Positions 39,701 through 53,020 of a stretch of 64,000 bases of DNA are shown here, piece by piece. This stretch comes from Azolla caroliniana (lineage: Eukaryota; Plantae; Polypodiophyta), in NCBI GenBank assembly GCA_043228905.1, contig JBHGNT010000015.1, forward strand, positions 10,850,001-10,914,000, read 5' to 3'. Made by a program: the position numbers and the translations under genes. The notes below the pieces were generated by a model. The model was not told the origin of the DNA. It saw only the letters and a list, made by a program, of their open reading frames with translations, and made no database searches. Every line of letters starts with the position of its first letter. The first letter of the stretch is position 1.

Positions 39701-41845
39701 TTGTGATATTTAACAATGAAGTTATGTTGAGAAAATGTAGGAAAGGTTGTATATGTCCAAGAATGCAAAACACAAAAGGATTCTGGAGTGGAATTCAGAG
39801 CGAATAGAATATAAATCAACTGATGTAACCTTGGAGAACAAGGGTTATTCGTGAATGCAACCTTGAAAGAGAAACTAAACAGAGTCTGCCCTACATATGT
39901 AGATAGGAGGAATGGGACGGCATAAACTTTTCTATTGCTGTATGATGAATTGGAAAAATAACTGTACTATGACTAATTGCTTCAATCATTTGGGAAGTAA
40001 GAGATCCTTCCTATGTAAAGGTGAGAACGTCAAGGCCAAAGGGTGACAGGTTGAAATACACATGATTACCTTCGCCCTATCAAAAGAGTTCATATCTGTA
40101 CACACTACAACCATTGTTTTTTAGTCATACTAATATTTGCCAACTATATACTCAGCAATATTGATCCCTGATTGGAAATACCCCAGATATGCTGAAGGTT
40201 ATATCACATTGACTCTTCACAGATTTTCCTCTTTGGTAAGTTTGTACATGTTTTGAAACTGATCCACTATTCAACATCAACAACATAAAGTGTGAGCAAT
40301 CACTTCATTTGGAATCGGTGCAAATTTTGGGCAGGCAGGACACACAAGTCCTTGATAAGGATCCAAGTGTAATCCATCCAAGGAAGGCCTGGGGAAAAAC
40401 ATTGGTAAATATATAAAATGGGTCAGTAGTACATGCAGGACTTCAAAATTACTTATCAGAATTGTGTTGACACTGCAAAGCCATTCTTTATCCGTAAGTT
40501 TGGGCCTGGTTTTATGGTTCTGTCAAAATGCACACATTGTTCTTAGTGTAGTCCTTAGCTAAGAAGACTGAAGTTCTCTGGTCATATGTTCATAAGGCGG
40601 AACCAACGTCGATGTCTAAAATTTCTGTAGTGCCATTGAAATTTTCAAAATCAATAGATAGATCTGAGGTTTCAACTTTTGTGTCTGCAGGCACATGCAG
40701 AGCTTGAGAAACGCTTTCGAGATCTTACTGAAGTTTTGGTAAATTCATAAGTTCCTACACAATATTTATTGGATTTAATTATTTCTATGCTGTTTAAGAG
40801 AGGGGTCCTAACATATTAAAAGTGGATTAAGAGGGGGTCCTTATATGACAGTATATGAAACAAACACAACTTGAAGCAATGGCAAGTGAAAAGGCTGCAG
40901 CAGTTTTCCAACTAGAGAAAGAACTCAGTAGATCCAGAGAAGCACAGGTCTCTATCTACCTCTACTTCTCCTAGTGAGATGCAGTCCACTTATCTATTTT
41001 TTAATTCATTAATATTTCTATGTCTTTTGCATTCCTACTCAAAGATAACACAAAATTCTCAGATGCAGTCTCTTGTTCAGTTTCATAGTCTCATTTTTCT
41101 CCTTCTTAAGGGATGTTAATATATATTACTTTCTTTATAGGCTGAAGTAGAAAAGCATCGAAGAGCGCGCCATACAATACCTGGTTGGGATGAAGAAAGT
41201 GACATGCAGACATTTGAGTAAGTTTCCACCTTATATGCTCGATATATGCTTCACCATTCTATTATTAATCTATCATTTTCCATTGGAAGATCGTTAGGGT
41301 TGCAACAACGTCGACTTGTTGGAAACAGTATTCAGGTAAACTTACAGGTATACTTGGGCCTCAAATTTATTCATTCTTGAATGGCAATATTAGAGGTTGT
41401 CAAATTAATGCACAACTGAATAAATAAGAAATTCCTCTGTTTTAGAGGGCAGCAAAGCTTTTGGATTCAGGATCTGTGACAGCAGGTAAATTCTTATGGC
41501 GGAGGCCTTTGGCTCGACTTGGTGTATTTGTTTACCTGGTAAGTCATCGTTTTCTTGCACACGTACTCCAAAATGGTTCATACACGCAATAACTGACATG
41601 TTTTTTTTATTTTTCAAGCTGACAGTCTGTTCTGTTCCCTATAGGTATTTGTGCATCTTTTCCTCTTATATTTACTGCATCGGCTTCAGGTATGAGAATT
41701 ATGCTGGTTTTTTATGCAATTTTTATTCTTGCAATTTATTAATTGAATCCCATGTGGAAATGAAATTATGGAATAACAGGAGCAAGTCCTAGATTCCATC
41801 ACCTCAAAAGAGAAAATGGAGACCTTGTTGCTGCAGCGGGGATAG
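30712..41845 (+). CDS. GC1: Golgin-84 / golgin candidate 1 (coiled-coil Golgi tether with C-terminal TM). Approximate coding exons: 30712-30739, 34264-34332, 34428-34480, 34609-35115, 35198-35257, 36811-36888, 36965-37168, 37284-37340, 37420-37494, 37697-37768, 38446-38508, 39273-39449, 39526-39594, 40691-40738, 40852-40947, 41141-41217, 41290-41335, 41445-41538, 41645-41689, 41780-41845
   Basis: Spliced N-terminus MASWFRAAE/ELFEVVDRRAK, EEQLDE/AQRLLK..GQSKEARLAK/VCAGLSSRLQEYKSENAQLEELL, ELEKRFRDLTEVL/YMKQTQLEAMASEKAA, C-terminal ARLGVFVYL/VFVHLFLLYLLHRLQ. Putative 5' UTR intron 29785-30682. Confidence 0.9.
32430..32800 (+). mobile_element. LINE reverse-transcriptase remnant in a golgin intron
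   Basis: WQAGYRKGYGTLDHVLTL*AIIE...VYCYFLDV*EDFDTV resembles the non-LTR RT motifs QxGFR / DFxKAFD. Confidence 0.7.
36069..36340 (+). mobile_element. Gypsy gag/pr fragment in a golgin intron
   Basis: KVSPSFKLLLNIEASTDLRKIL resembles KTDPTFKLASDTEATTDIKHV in ORF 5108-6646. Confidence 0.55.
38525..39179. mobile_element. hAT-type MITE in a golgin intron
   Basis: TIR TGGCAATGAGCC / GGCCCATTGCTA, perfect 8-bp TSD GTTGTGAG, AAACC subterminal repeats. Confidence 0.9.
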
Positions 41846-42719
41846 CAAAGTGGTTATTAGAGGGGTATGTATATAAAGATGTAGGGAAACACAATGTGTT
41901 ATCTAAGAATTACCTACAATTGGATAAAGCATTTATGAAGCTGTGAATCATCTCAAAATACATTACATCAAGGCAATGTAAGGTGTAGTGGTATACATAC
42001 ACATTCAAGACACTCAGTAGGTGCATCTTCAAATGCAAGCTTCAATGAAAGGAGCTCTGAAAAAGAAATCTTCAACGGGTCTTGATATCAGTGCCTCGTT
42101 TTTCATGTATGATGTCCAGATTGATGTCACATTATTGTGCAGAAAGTTTCCGACTAATAATTAATTAATGAGATTCGAATGGATCGTTAAAAAATTCACC
42201 TTCACAAACTTCAACCAGGTTCTATACAGTTGATGCATGGGCCATTGTATAGATATGAAACTGTATATCATCATGAACTATAGGATATTCTCAGAAAACT
42301 TTGATTTATATCATATTTTTTGAAACAGACGGGTGGTGGTTTGAGGTGCCTACTGCTTTTGCCAACTGGTTGTGGTTATATTTTGTCCTTTGTAATTGGC
42401 ATTTGTTATTGACTTGATTTAATATTCTTTGCTTGCACCATTCTAACTAGATGTTTGCATATGAGGTGTAAAATATTTCACACAGGATGTTTTGAATACA
42501 TTCAAGCCGGATTTTCATATTGTTTTGTATGAAGAAATTATTGAATTTCACTGGCAACCTCATAAGGCATTAAAATATGTATACGATGCTTTTTGGGCTA
42601 GTATGCCAGCAATGTGAAAATTGCAGGAATACCCACAAGAAACATCATGTAGCCATCTACGGTGTAACATCAGCAGCAGTCTAGTCAAAACCATTTGGTC
42701 AATGTCATGAAGACATTTT

Positions 42720-42820
42720 GATCAGGTCAAAAGTAGACTTAATCAGGTCAAAAGTAGACTTAAATGTACTTGATTCAATGTCCTAATCAGGTCAAAAGTA
42801 GACTTAAATGTACTTGATTG
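42720..42820. repeat. Local tandem duplication (ATCAGGTCAAAAGTAGACTTAA x3)
   Basis: Direct reading. Confidence 0.85.
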
Positions 42821-44450
42821 TTTACTTACATTGTTGAGTAAATTATCAGGCTCATAATACCATCATGCAGAGAGGGTCAATCCATTTTCTATTTCTGAAC
42901 CCCAAGATTCCATCTATACTGCTTCACTATGTTCTGTCAACAATTCTAAATGCTACAGAAAACACTGAACTGGAGAACAATTATATGCTTTGACAAGCAA
43001 CAGTATATACTTGATCATTCCACTTTCATATTCCATATAATGTACATATGCATGCAACAGTATGTATATCCCTTCCTATACTGTGAGATTCTTTGTGAAA
43101 GTAAGTTACACATCATCAGATCATGGATGTGCTCGATCAGGTCGTTTGCATACCCAGTCAGGTTATTTGCTTTGGGCAATTGCTACATACATAATGTAGA
43201 AAAATTAGTTATTGGGAGTCCTAATATCATTAACATCTCAATATTTGTGTATGCTGGATGCCTTTGAAAAATTCTGTGGACTAATATAACTTTCTTCCAT
43301 CCTTTTCATCTCTAAGCTTGCAAATTGTCATGACCACTCATACATTGCCCACTTTAGTGCACAATTGGAAAGCCCACAAGATGTCATGAACACCATTCCA
43401 ATTCATTGTATACAATAACAGGCTCAAAATGAGAAATGGCTCACTCCAAAGGATAACAATGATGTTATGACCATATGTCGACTTTATATTAAATTTGCCC
43501 TTCAATGCTATATACTGATTACTTAAAGCAGCAATAAAACATGGCTATTTCTTTCCACTACATGAATCAATGTTACACCCTTTCAAGCCACTAACCTTCA
43601 AAGGGCAATAATATGCGGCTTCTTATAGGTTTATAAACACATATAAGTGTGATGGAATAATACACGACTGAAAGTAGAAACAGACCCATTTGGGCCGTTT
43701 ATATATACAAGCATATGAAACCAAACGCTGTTTTGAAACCATGTTAAATAAATATACATAACCTTACGAAATATGTTTGGACCTTCAAGCATGCCCTTGA
43801 ACAGTTCCCATTTTGGCTCAATGTATGAGTATCACCTTAAGAGGACAATATCATGATAACTACTAGTAGCATGTATAAAGAGCTAGTAAACCAAATGTTG
43901 ACTACAAGGCAATTTCAATGATGCCCTTTTAATCTTGGCTCAACACTAGAAACAGAATCCTCATCCAAACATATAGCCCTTCGATGGATGACATAAGCTG
44001 TTCTTTTCCCGCTAGTGTTGTATGTAGACACTGCAAAAACAAAAACAAAAATACATAAAAAACAGTCAATATATTCTATCTTTTGCTTATTACCTACAAG
44101 ATATTTGCAGATGCAATGAGACATGAAATAGCACAATGTGAAAATGTTGCCTTCATCTCCACAGGCTGCTGCTAATAGATTCAAAATATATAAACATTAA
44201 GGGCATGGGTTCCCGTGTTCATCAATGGGTTTGAAATTACATTGCAATAATTTCAGTTTTCGAATCAAGATCATGCCTTCAACACGTTTGGTCCTAAAGA
44301 AATGTCTTATAACATTATTTTGATTTTTTCCACACAAACACAAGGAGAAAACCAATTTAATTGCCCCCCAAATGGACATCCCAAATGGACATGTCAAGGA
44401 TCAAAATAACAAACTCAATACCATTTCCAGAAGAAGTATAGGCGATTACT

Positions 44451-46298
44451 TCATTTCTCTGTTGCTACAATAAGGTTGCTCATATAATCTTCATTGGACT
44501 CAGTGCAGAGGGGTATCTCATCATTGTCATCTGTTAGGCTGTGCTTCTCTCCGATCGCTCTGAGGAATTGGTAAATTTCATACATTGTTGGTCGATCTTT
44601 AGGGGCTGCAAGAATACAAGAGCATGCTATCTGAAGAAACTGGAGGAGCTCATCATCAGATCCTTTACCTTTCAATGATGCATCCACCGCTTCATGAACC
44701 CGTTTATTGACTGACAGATATGAAATCCATTCTGAAAGATTACCCTTGAAGTCACTAACTCCGGTCACATCCATAGCTTTTTGACCAGTGATGAGCTCTA
44801 GGAGAACAACACCAAAGCTGTAGACATCACCTTTCACAGTAGCAACTAAAGTTCGGACATATTCTGGGGCAACATACCCAACATCACCAAAATCCCCATT
44901 CACAAATGTGCTAATGTGAGTATCTACTGGATTCATCAAGCGAGCAAGACCAAAATCGGTAATTCTAGCCTCATAATCATCGTCCAAAAGAATACTAGTG
45001 GCACTGATGCTGCGGTGAATGACCCTTGGATTACAAGAGTGATGCAACCACGCAAGTCCACGAGCTGCTCCAATCGCAATCTTGAGTCTTGTTAGCCAAT
45101 CAGGCTTAGTTTCCATGTCAGATGCCTCATGCAGAATGTGCTTGAGACTTCCGTTAACCATATGCTTGTAAACAAGGAGCTTTTCTCCTTCTGCCACACA
45201 ATATCCTAGCAAAGGGACAAGATTTCGATGCCTCAATTGCCCTAAAGTGTTCATCTCCGACTTGAATTGTTTCTCACTTTGTGCTGATGCTTGCAGCCGT
45301 TTTATGGCCAATGTGGAGCCATCAGGCAAGGTGGCTTTATACACAGTGCCAGTCCTTCCAGAGAATATGATGTTTTCTTTGCTAAAGGCATCGGTTGCAG
45401 TCATGAGGTCAACAAGGCGGAGCCTAACCAATGGCTTTTCAAACATGGAGACAGTGATGGCTTTTGGTGCTCGGATACGTTTAGCCCACATGTGTTCATC
45501 TCGTCGGTATGCATTGATCTTCTTCTGGTGCTTCGACAAGAGGCACCACCATATGAGCGCACCCAAAAGGGCGACTGCGGCACCTGCAAATGCAGCACCC
45601 AGTATCAACCCGAGCTTTGGTTTGGTAGACTTGCTACACGCTGGTAAAGGCTCCCCACAAAGGTTGGCATTATTTGCGAACGAAGAAGAGGGGAACGGTT
45701 GTTGCCTAATAGCAGTCCGGTTTGATAAGCTTGATGGAATGGGACCGTTGAGATTGTTCGAGGACAAATCTAGAGTGGTTAGCCTTGGAAGGAGGCCAAT
45801 TTGATATGGTATTATTCCATTTAACTCATTTTGGGACAGCTTAAGTGAATTTAAGTATGTGCAGTTTGAGAGGCCCTCTGGTATGGGACCTGAGAATTTG
45901 TTCTTGGAAAGATCCAGACTTGTCAAATAAGGCATTTGTGTGCAAATATCTGCCGGTATGGCATTTACAAAGTCATTGGCTGACAGATCTAGGGTTTGTA
46001 TAGAGGCACATAAGTTCAAACCTGATGGGAACGAACCGGAGAGAGATGCCATTGAAATCTTTAAGCTAAGCACCTTGTTCTCTTGCTCATTCCAGCACTG
46101 CACACCATTAAAGCTACAGATTACCCCTTTGGAGGTATTCTGGAAGTTCCAGTCGCTGAGGAATCCTGAGGGATCTGAAACAGAGCTCTTGAAAGTCTGA
46201 AGGCATTGCGTGTCGTCTTCAGCAGATGTGTTGAGAAGTGAGAGGAGAGAGAAGGTAATGAGCATGCAGAGGTATGTGGTGGCATTCTTCTTCGCCAT
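44451..46298 (-). CDS. Intronless LRR receptor-like (pseudo)kinase, BIR-like (LRR-X), 615 aa
   Basis: Signal peptide from MAKKN, LRRNT (DDTQCLQTFK...CSFNGVQCWNEQENKV), ~5 LRRs, TM, SMFEKPLVRLRLVDLMTAT, kinase with HRS in place of HRD. The upstream ORF extension to 46493 is UTR/microsatellite. Confidence 0.93.
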   Translation of the reverse strand: MAKKNATTYLCMLITFSLLSLLNTSAEDDTQCLQTFKSSVSDPSGFLSDWNFQNTSKGVICSFNGVQCWNEQENKVLSLKISMASLSGSFPSGLNLCASIQTLDLSANDFVNAIPADICTQMPYLTSLDLSKNKFSGPIPEGLSNCTYLNSLKLSQNELNGIIPYQIGLLPRLTTLDLSSNNLNGPIPSSLSNRTAIRQQPFPSSSFANNANLCGEPLPACSKSTKPKLGLILGAAFAGAAVALLGALIWWCLLSKHQKKINAYRRDEHMWAKRIRAPKAITVSMFEKPLVRLRLVDLMTATDAFSKENIIFSGRTGTVYKATLPDGSTLAIKRLQASAQSEKQFKSEMNTLGQLRHRNLVPLLGYCVAEGEKLLVYKHMVNGSLKHILHEASDMETKPDWLTRLKIAIGAARGLAWLHHSCNPRVIHRSISATSILLDDDYEARITDFGLARLMNPVDTHISTFVNGDFGDVGYVAPEYVRTLVATVKGDVYSFGVVLLELITGQKAMDVTGVSDFKGNLSEWISYLSVNKRVHEAVDASLKGKGSDDELLQFLQIACSCILAAPKDRPTMYEIYQFLRAIGEKHSLTDDNDEIPLCTESNEDYMSNLIVATEK

Positions 46299-46588
46299 AG
46301 CTGCTACAGAAGGAGGCTGGGCTGTACATGAAACCCTAAAACAACAGAGAGACAGAGTGTATGTATGTATGTATGTATTAAGGAAGTTGGGGGGGGGGGC
46401 AGTCAAGAGTTGGGTCAAAAAGAGAAAACTGGGATATGTATGTATAGGAAGACCTTTCTTTGTTTTCTTTGTGGAAACAAATGTCCCCACCATTCATTCA
46501 ACGCACACAACACACAACACACGTCTTCTCTTCTTCTGCCATATTATTTCGTCCAAGGGTGGGGACACACACACACTACTCATAAAGA

Positions 46589-46631
<43 letters not shown>

Positions 46632-49405
46632 AGTTATTATAAGGTAGATAGACGCACAACCTAAAGGTCGCAATCCTCCGAGAGAGTTATTGGACAAACA
46701 TAATGTGTTGTTGGTGTGCCCCCCCCCCCATAGATGATGATGATGATAATGATAATGATTACGATTATCTATTGGTGGTTGGTTATCTTCATCCCCCAAC
46801 AATTCGTGATAATCGTTATTTGACATTTCACATGAACTCTTTTTTCACCATCTCTGCTTGCTTAATTATGAGATACAACAAACATGGCTGATATTATTAT
46901 TTTGCATCAATCCACGAGAAGGTTGGGCATCAATTCTGGGTTACTTTGGACGAAGATATGAATGAAGTAGAGGAGATATGCATCCCTTCACATGTTTTGG
47001 ATGGTAAAATCCGCATCCTAGGATAGAATTACAAATGAAACTTTTTTGAAGCTTTTGTTGAGCAAAGAATAAAGATCCTCTTAAAATTTTGTTTCAAGAA
47101 GTTTGTGGAGCTATGGTAAAACACTTGAGTTAAGGAAAGTTTCACCTCAAAAGCTTTATCGAAACTTGTTTCTTTGTGTCCTTTTGGCAGTGGATGCCAA
47201 TATTGTTCATGTGTAGTTCATAAAGCAAATCAACTGCAAAATGTATTACCTTTTGTTGTCTAGCCTATGTGACATGTCGTATAGTATTTTGCCAATATGC
47301 TTGGTCATTTATATACCTTTAACCTGTTATAGTTGAACACTTGGAGATCTCTCGAAAACCAAGTTTGGGATTAGGCAATTACTAGAGTGTAGATAATACA
47401 ATAATTGTCTATCAACAGAGATACTTGGTTGCTTATGACCTTTAGGTTAGGCTGGAAAAGAAAGTCTCAAGTTTAATTTATTTGCATGGCAAAGCTTGGC
47501 TTTTATAGTGTCATATAGGAAAGGCATAGCCTTCAAGATGTTGGTATAAAAGGGCGACTCCTTCCAAATTGAATCCTTAAGTGTGAACACGTTCAGACGT
47601 TAGGGCTTGAGTATATAAGCCCAACTGTAACATTGTATAGAGAGAGTTTTCAGAAGAGAATAATACAAGTCTCCATTTGAGCTTCATTTGAGCTTCTTGT
47701 TTATCTTGCTTTCTTAGATATTTCTGTGTTGTTTGTTGTACATATCTTACGGCACGCCCTCATCATCCGTTTCCCACCATCATATCACAATATTCAACAT
47801 TTGGTATCAGAGTGACCTTGTTGTTCGGCGGCAACGAACAACAAAAATCTAAGAAAAGAAGCCAATCAGCTAAAAGAAAAAGACAAATCCAACAACATCT
47901 ACTTCCAGAAAAAATGGTGACACAATCCGACACTAGTGTGGAAATCCAGAAGTTCAATGGAAAGAACTTCGCCTTGTGGAAGGAAATGATGCAAGATGTG
48001 CTGATAATCCAAGGACAAATCGAAGCCATTCGACACAACACTCGACTTGCCTCATTGTCAACGGAAGAATGGAGATCTTTGGATGAAGTCATCCAGCTAC
48101 CATTCCAATGCACCTGGTTGAAAACGTCTATTTCAACAGGGCGAAGGAGAAGACAACATTCTCTTTGTAGGAAAAACTACAAGCTGTCTACAAGAAAAAA
48201 TATTCCTCATATTAATCAGAAAGTTGTTTAATATGAAGATGAGAAAGTCAGATCCAACAACCTCCTACATCAACACCTTCAATCTTCAATCGGGTGTTGT
48301 TTGAGCTCTCCTCCTAAGGGATCAACTTTGAAGAAGAAGTTAAGTCCATTGCCCTCCTTTCGAGCTTGCCTACGAGTTGGGAGGTATTCTACACGACATT
48401 CGTCAATAGCTATCCAAGCCTCAATTTGGACGAAACAATCGGACAAGTCCTCATTGAGGATATTCGGCGAACATTGATGGGCCTCACCATCGACGAATCG
48501 GCAAAAACCCACTATTCGGGTGAGCCAATCGGACAAACCAACCGTTCGAGAAAACAAGGTGAAAGAATCACCCGAAGCACCAGTCGGCCGAGAAGGAGGG
48601 ACGATCGACAAAGGTTGAAATAAAGGAATTGTTTGTCGAAAAACTTCTACACACGTTGCAGAAAGGCTAGCCAAAACATTTACAACTGCTAGTTGAAGAA
48701 AAGGAGAACGGTCGGCGACTCGATCAACACTTAGGACATGCCGAATGGAGTCGTTCTCCAACTGTTAACCAAGTCAATGTTGTCGCCTCTCGATCGGGAG
48801 AAATCCTTTCTCTGGAGGACGCTACAATCGGAGAAGTCCTATACAGTGCGCATGACGCACAAATGTGGTTGCTAGACTCCGGAACCACTTTTCACGTAAC
48901 CCCCAAATATTGAATGGTTTTCGAACTATTTGGTTGGCTCCGATGGCACAGTTTGACTCGGTAATAGGCAAGATTGCCAAATCGAAGGGATCAGAGAAAT
49001 CCTCATTCAATTGCTGAATGACAATTCAATCGCCTTGTATTGAGTCTTGCATGTGTTGAGAATCGAATCTCCAAATCTGTGCAAAAGACTAACTTGGAAA
49101 TACACAATACATGCAGAAATAACAAATGCACAATACATAGTGATTTACACAGAAACCCTAAACGGGGAAAACCATGGGAATAGAGATTCCACTATACAGA
49201 GAGTATACAGGATGAGATCAAAATACAAAACTCTCCATTCGGAGTGTATCAACCACACAGGGCTCTTGACGTCAAAACTCACTTGGCTATGGCGCCGCTC
49301 TCTCTCTCTCACACACACCCTCTCTTCTTTGTCACTAGCACCAATAGAGGATCACACACACACACACGCAACAACAACTCATCTGTTTGCTCTAGGTGTA
49401 TTTAT

Positions 49406-49695
49406 TGTTAGGAAACAGGTCCCTCCGGATGGGAAGTTGAGAAGAACCGTGTTGATGAGCAACTCAGTCGAGGCCGATAGGCCGAGGCCGAAACCGGAAA
49501 TCGTGGAGATAGCCAACCCGGAAGGTTAAACTTGTAAATAGTCGAAAGGTTATATTAGTATATAAGCACTTAGGGCAATCATGTTAGATGTGTGCGTTAT
49601 TGTAAAGTTTCTGTATTCTGTTTTCATTTCCATTAGATTGACTATTATTCCGCACAAGAGAAACCGGTTGTAGCCGGCAACAATTTTAACGTTCA
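49406..49695 (+). mobile_element. Short solo LTR nested in the LTR
   Basis: TGTTAGGAAACAGGTCCCTCC...GTTCA, TSD TTTAT, absent from the partner LTR. Its start resembles the LTRs at 26994 and 28808. Confidence 0.85.
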
Positions 49696-52478
49696 TTTAT
49701 ACTAATACACAGAATGGGCGATTTACAATCATGGTCATTATTATTATCTAGTAATAATAATAATAGTCTTACTAATCCGCCGACTGTCGGGTCGGTCCGA
49801 CTAGTCGTCCTTGTCATCGACCACCCGGTCGGCTCGACTAGCCGGTCGTGTCTTTGACCTCGATCAACTCTTGTCAACTCTCCATGTCGACTCTCTCAGA
49901 GTTGACTCCTCGACTATCGGCTCTTATCTGACCAGTCGGCTGCTCCTTGTCTTCGACTGTCGGCTCTCTCCGAACAGTCGACTCCTCCCACTAGAGGGAC
50001 ATATTCCTAACAAACTCCCCCTTCACTCCAATGGGGAGGGGTCCGTTATTCTTGTCCTCTTCGACAGACTCTAAGTCTATCCATCGGTAGGTTCTTTGTT
50101 TTCATGTCAGATCCATTGTCGTTAGTATGGATCTTCACGAGTGTAAACTCTCCTTCCTCCACTTTCTCTCGTAACCAATGATATATCCTCTGTATATGTT
50201 TGGTTCGTGAGTGGTACGCAACATTCTTGGCTAGATGTATGGCACTTTGGCTGTCACAACGAAGCAAGAACTCCCTTTGCTTCATCCCCAACTTGCTGAG
50301 AAAATTTCTCATCCAGATTAGCTCTTTGCCAGCCTCTACCGTTGCCATGTACTCTGCCTCTGTGGTCGACAAGGCTACTGACTTCTGCAGTCGTGATTGC
50401 CACAACACTACTCCCCCTACATAGGTCATCATGTACCCCAAAGTGGATTGACTTGAATCTACATCACCCGACATGTCCGAGTCGGTAAACCCTTCGAGCA
50501 TGGGTTTTCTGACATCATACCTTAGGCATACCCCCGAGGTACCTTTTAAGTACCTGAGTATCCACTTCACCACTGACCAGTGTTCTCTTATTGGATTACT
50601 CATGTATCGGCTTACTATTCCCACAACAAAAGTTATGTCTGATCTCATGCAGACCATACCATACATTAAACTGCTGAAGGCTGAGGCATATGGTACTTTC
50701 CGCATCTCATCCTTTTCTTTCTCCCCTCTCGGGCATTGCTTTGCATTTAACTTGTAGATAGTCGGCAACACCGAGCCGACTGGCTTTGCTTTCGACATGT
50801 TGAACCTTTTTAGGATCTTTGTCACATACTTCTGTTGTGACAACCACAACACTTTCTTAGTTTTGTCCCGAACTATGTGCATCCTCAAGATCTGTTTAGC
50901 CGGTCCAAGATCTTTCATGGCAAACAATTTGCCTAGAGCTTTCTTCAAGCTTTTGATCTTCCTTGTATCTTGACTGACTATCAACATGTCATCTACATAT
51001 AACAAGAGAATCAAGAAGTCACCTTTGTCGTACCTTTTGACGAACAGACAATGATCCGCCTGTGTTTTCTAGAACCCATGTTCCACCATGAAGGATTCAA
51101 ACTTCTTGTACCATCAGAGTGGAGCTTGTTTCAGACCATACAAGCTTTTCTTCAATCGACACACCAAGTTCTCTTTCCCTTTCTCCTCAAATCCTTTAGA
51201 CTGTTGCATGTAGATCTCTTCATCCAGCTCCCCATGCAAAAATGTTGTCTTGACATCCAATTGTTCGATCTCTAGGTCCATGATGGCAGCTATGCTCAGA
51301 ATAGTTCGGATGGATGTCATCTTCACGACTAGTGCGAATATCTTGTCGAAGTCGACACCCTTTTTCTGTTGGAACCCCTTCACCACTATGCGGGCTTTAT
51401 ACCTAGGCACATCGTCAACTTCTCCATTCTTCACCTTATAGAGCCATTTGTTCCTGAGTGCTCTCTTACCTTTCGATAATTCTACCAGACCATAGGTGTA
51501 GTTTTCGTGTAAGGAGTCCATCTCATCTTGCATCACGCTCAGCCATTTCTCTCTGTACTCATCGGCAATGGCTTCATCATAACACCCTGGTTCACCTTCA
51601 TCAATCAAGAGGATGTATTGACTAGCATATGTCGTCGGTGCTCTCCTTTTTTTTGAGTGGGTATCTCCTTCCACTCGTTGTCAGCTCCAGTTCGGATGTC
51701 TCTGCTGACTCTACTCTTGGCTCAGGTTCATATGTGTTGATCGATTGTTGAGGATTCACTGATTCCGACTCGCTGTCCTCGATCGAATTCCATAGGTCTT
51801 CTGACTCCGACTCATTTGTATTTGTCGGTTGCTTCGAGTCCACCGACTCGGATTTGGCTGTGCCGACTTGCTGTCTCCAAACAGCTGATTGTGTCAGTTC
51901 ACTTGGCATTAAGTCGATGGTCATGGGTGTTGATTGGGAAGTCGATTCTGACTTCTGTTGCTTCTAGTTCTCAATCGTCTTGTCTTCGAAGAAGACTACG
52001 TCCTGACTTCTCACTACTTTCATATCGACTAAATCCCATAGTCTGTAGCCGAACTCATCTTCCGAGTATCCCATGAATGTGCATGGTTTCGACTTACTGT
52101 CGAGCTTCGACATTTGATCCTTAGCCACATGCATATACACTAAGCATCCGAACACCCTTAGGTGTCGGTAGGAGACATCCTTTCCTGTCCACACCCTTTG
52201 TGGGACATCACCTTTCAACGGTACCGAGGGAGACCTGTTGATCAGATAAACAATTGTATACATCGCCTTAGCCCAATACGATTTCGGTAGTTTAGCATGA
52301 GAGAGCATACTTCTTACTCTCTACATGATTGTTCTATTCATCCTCTCTACAAGCCCATTCAACTCAAGGGTCTTCGGCCACGTGTATTCGATTCGAATAC
52401 CTTGGGCCTTGAAGTATTCCTCGAACTACCCTTTATATTCGCCACCATTGTCAGTTCGGACAACCTTCAACTTCCGAC

Positions 52479-52599
52479 CATAGTTCTAGCCATACGTCCC
52501 ATTCATGTCATACTCAAACGCCAATAATCATACGTGAAAAGGCTCCAAGTATGATTGAAATCCATACACGGTACATAGATATATACATATGGTGTACAT

Positions 52600-52667
<68 letters not shown>

Positions 52668-53020
52668 TGTGTGGTCTAGAGAGAGAATCCCTGTTTTGCA
52701 TGTGTGAGGAGACAATGGTTGAGTGTATATCTAGACTCTAGAGAGAGAGAGAGAGCAGCTAGGGGTTTTGTCTGTGTGAGGGAGTGTGTAATATGTATAT
52801 TAGATATCTAGATTTTGTAGAGAGAGAAGATCTGTCAGTTCTCGTGTGTGAGAGAGAGAGAGAGTGTGTGTGTCAAACGTCACTTCTATTCACAAAGAAT
52901 TATGAATATCAAAAATTAAAAAAACCCAAAACAACCCAAAAAAAGAAGAATCCAAACGAATATCGCGTATCATACGTGTACGTCTAGTAAATTGGACGTA
53001 CGCGAATATTAGGAACTATG
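52479..53020. mobile_element. hAT-type MITE inserted in the copia integrase
   Basis: TIR CATAGTTC / GAACTATG, perfect 8-bp TSD CTTCCGAC, internal (GT)n(GA)n. Confidence 0.9.

Noticed and set aside
46299-46493. 65-aa N-terminal extension of the LRR-RLK
   Set aside because: Starts at a non-ATG codon and crosses a (TACA)n/poly-C tract. The signal peptide begins at ATG 46298
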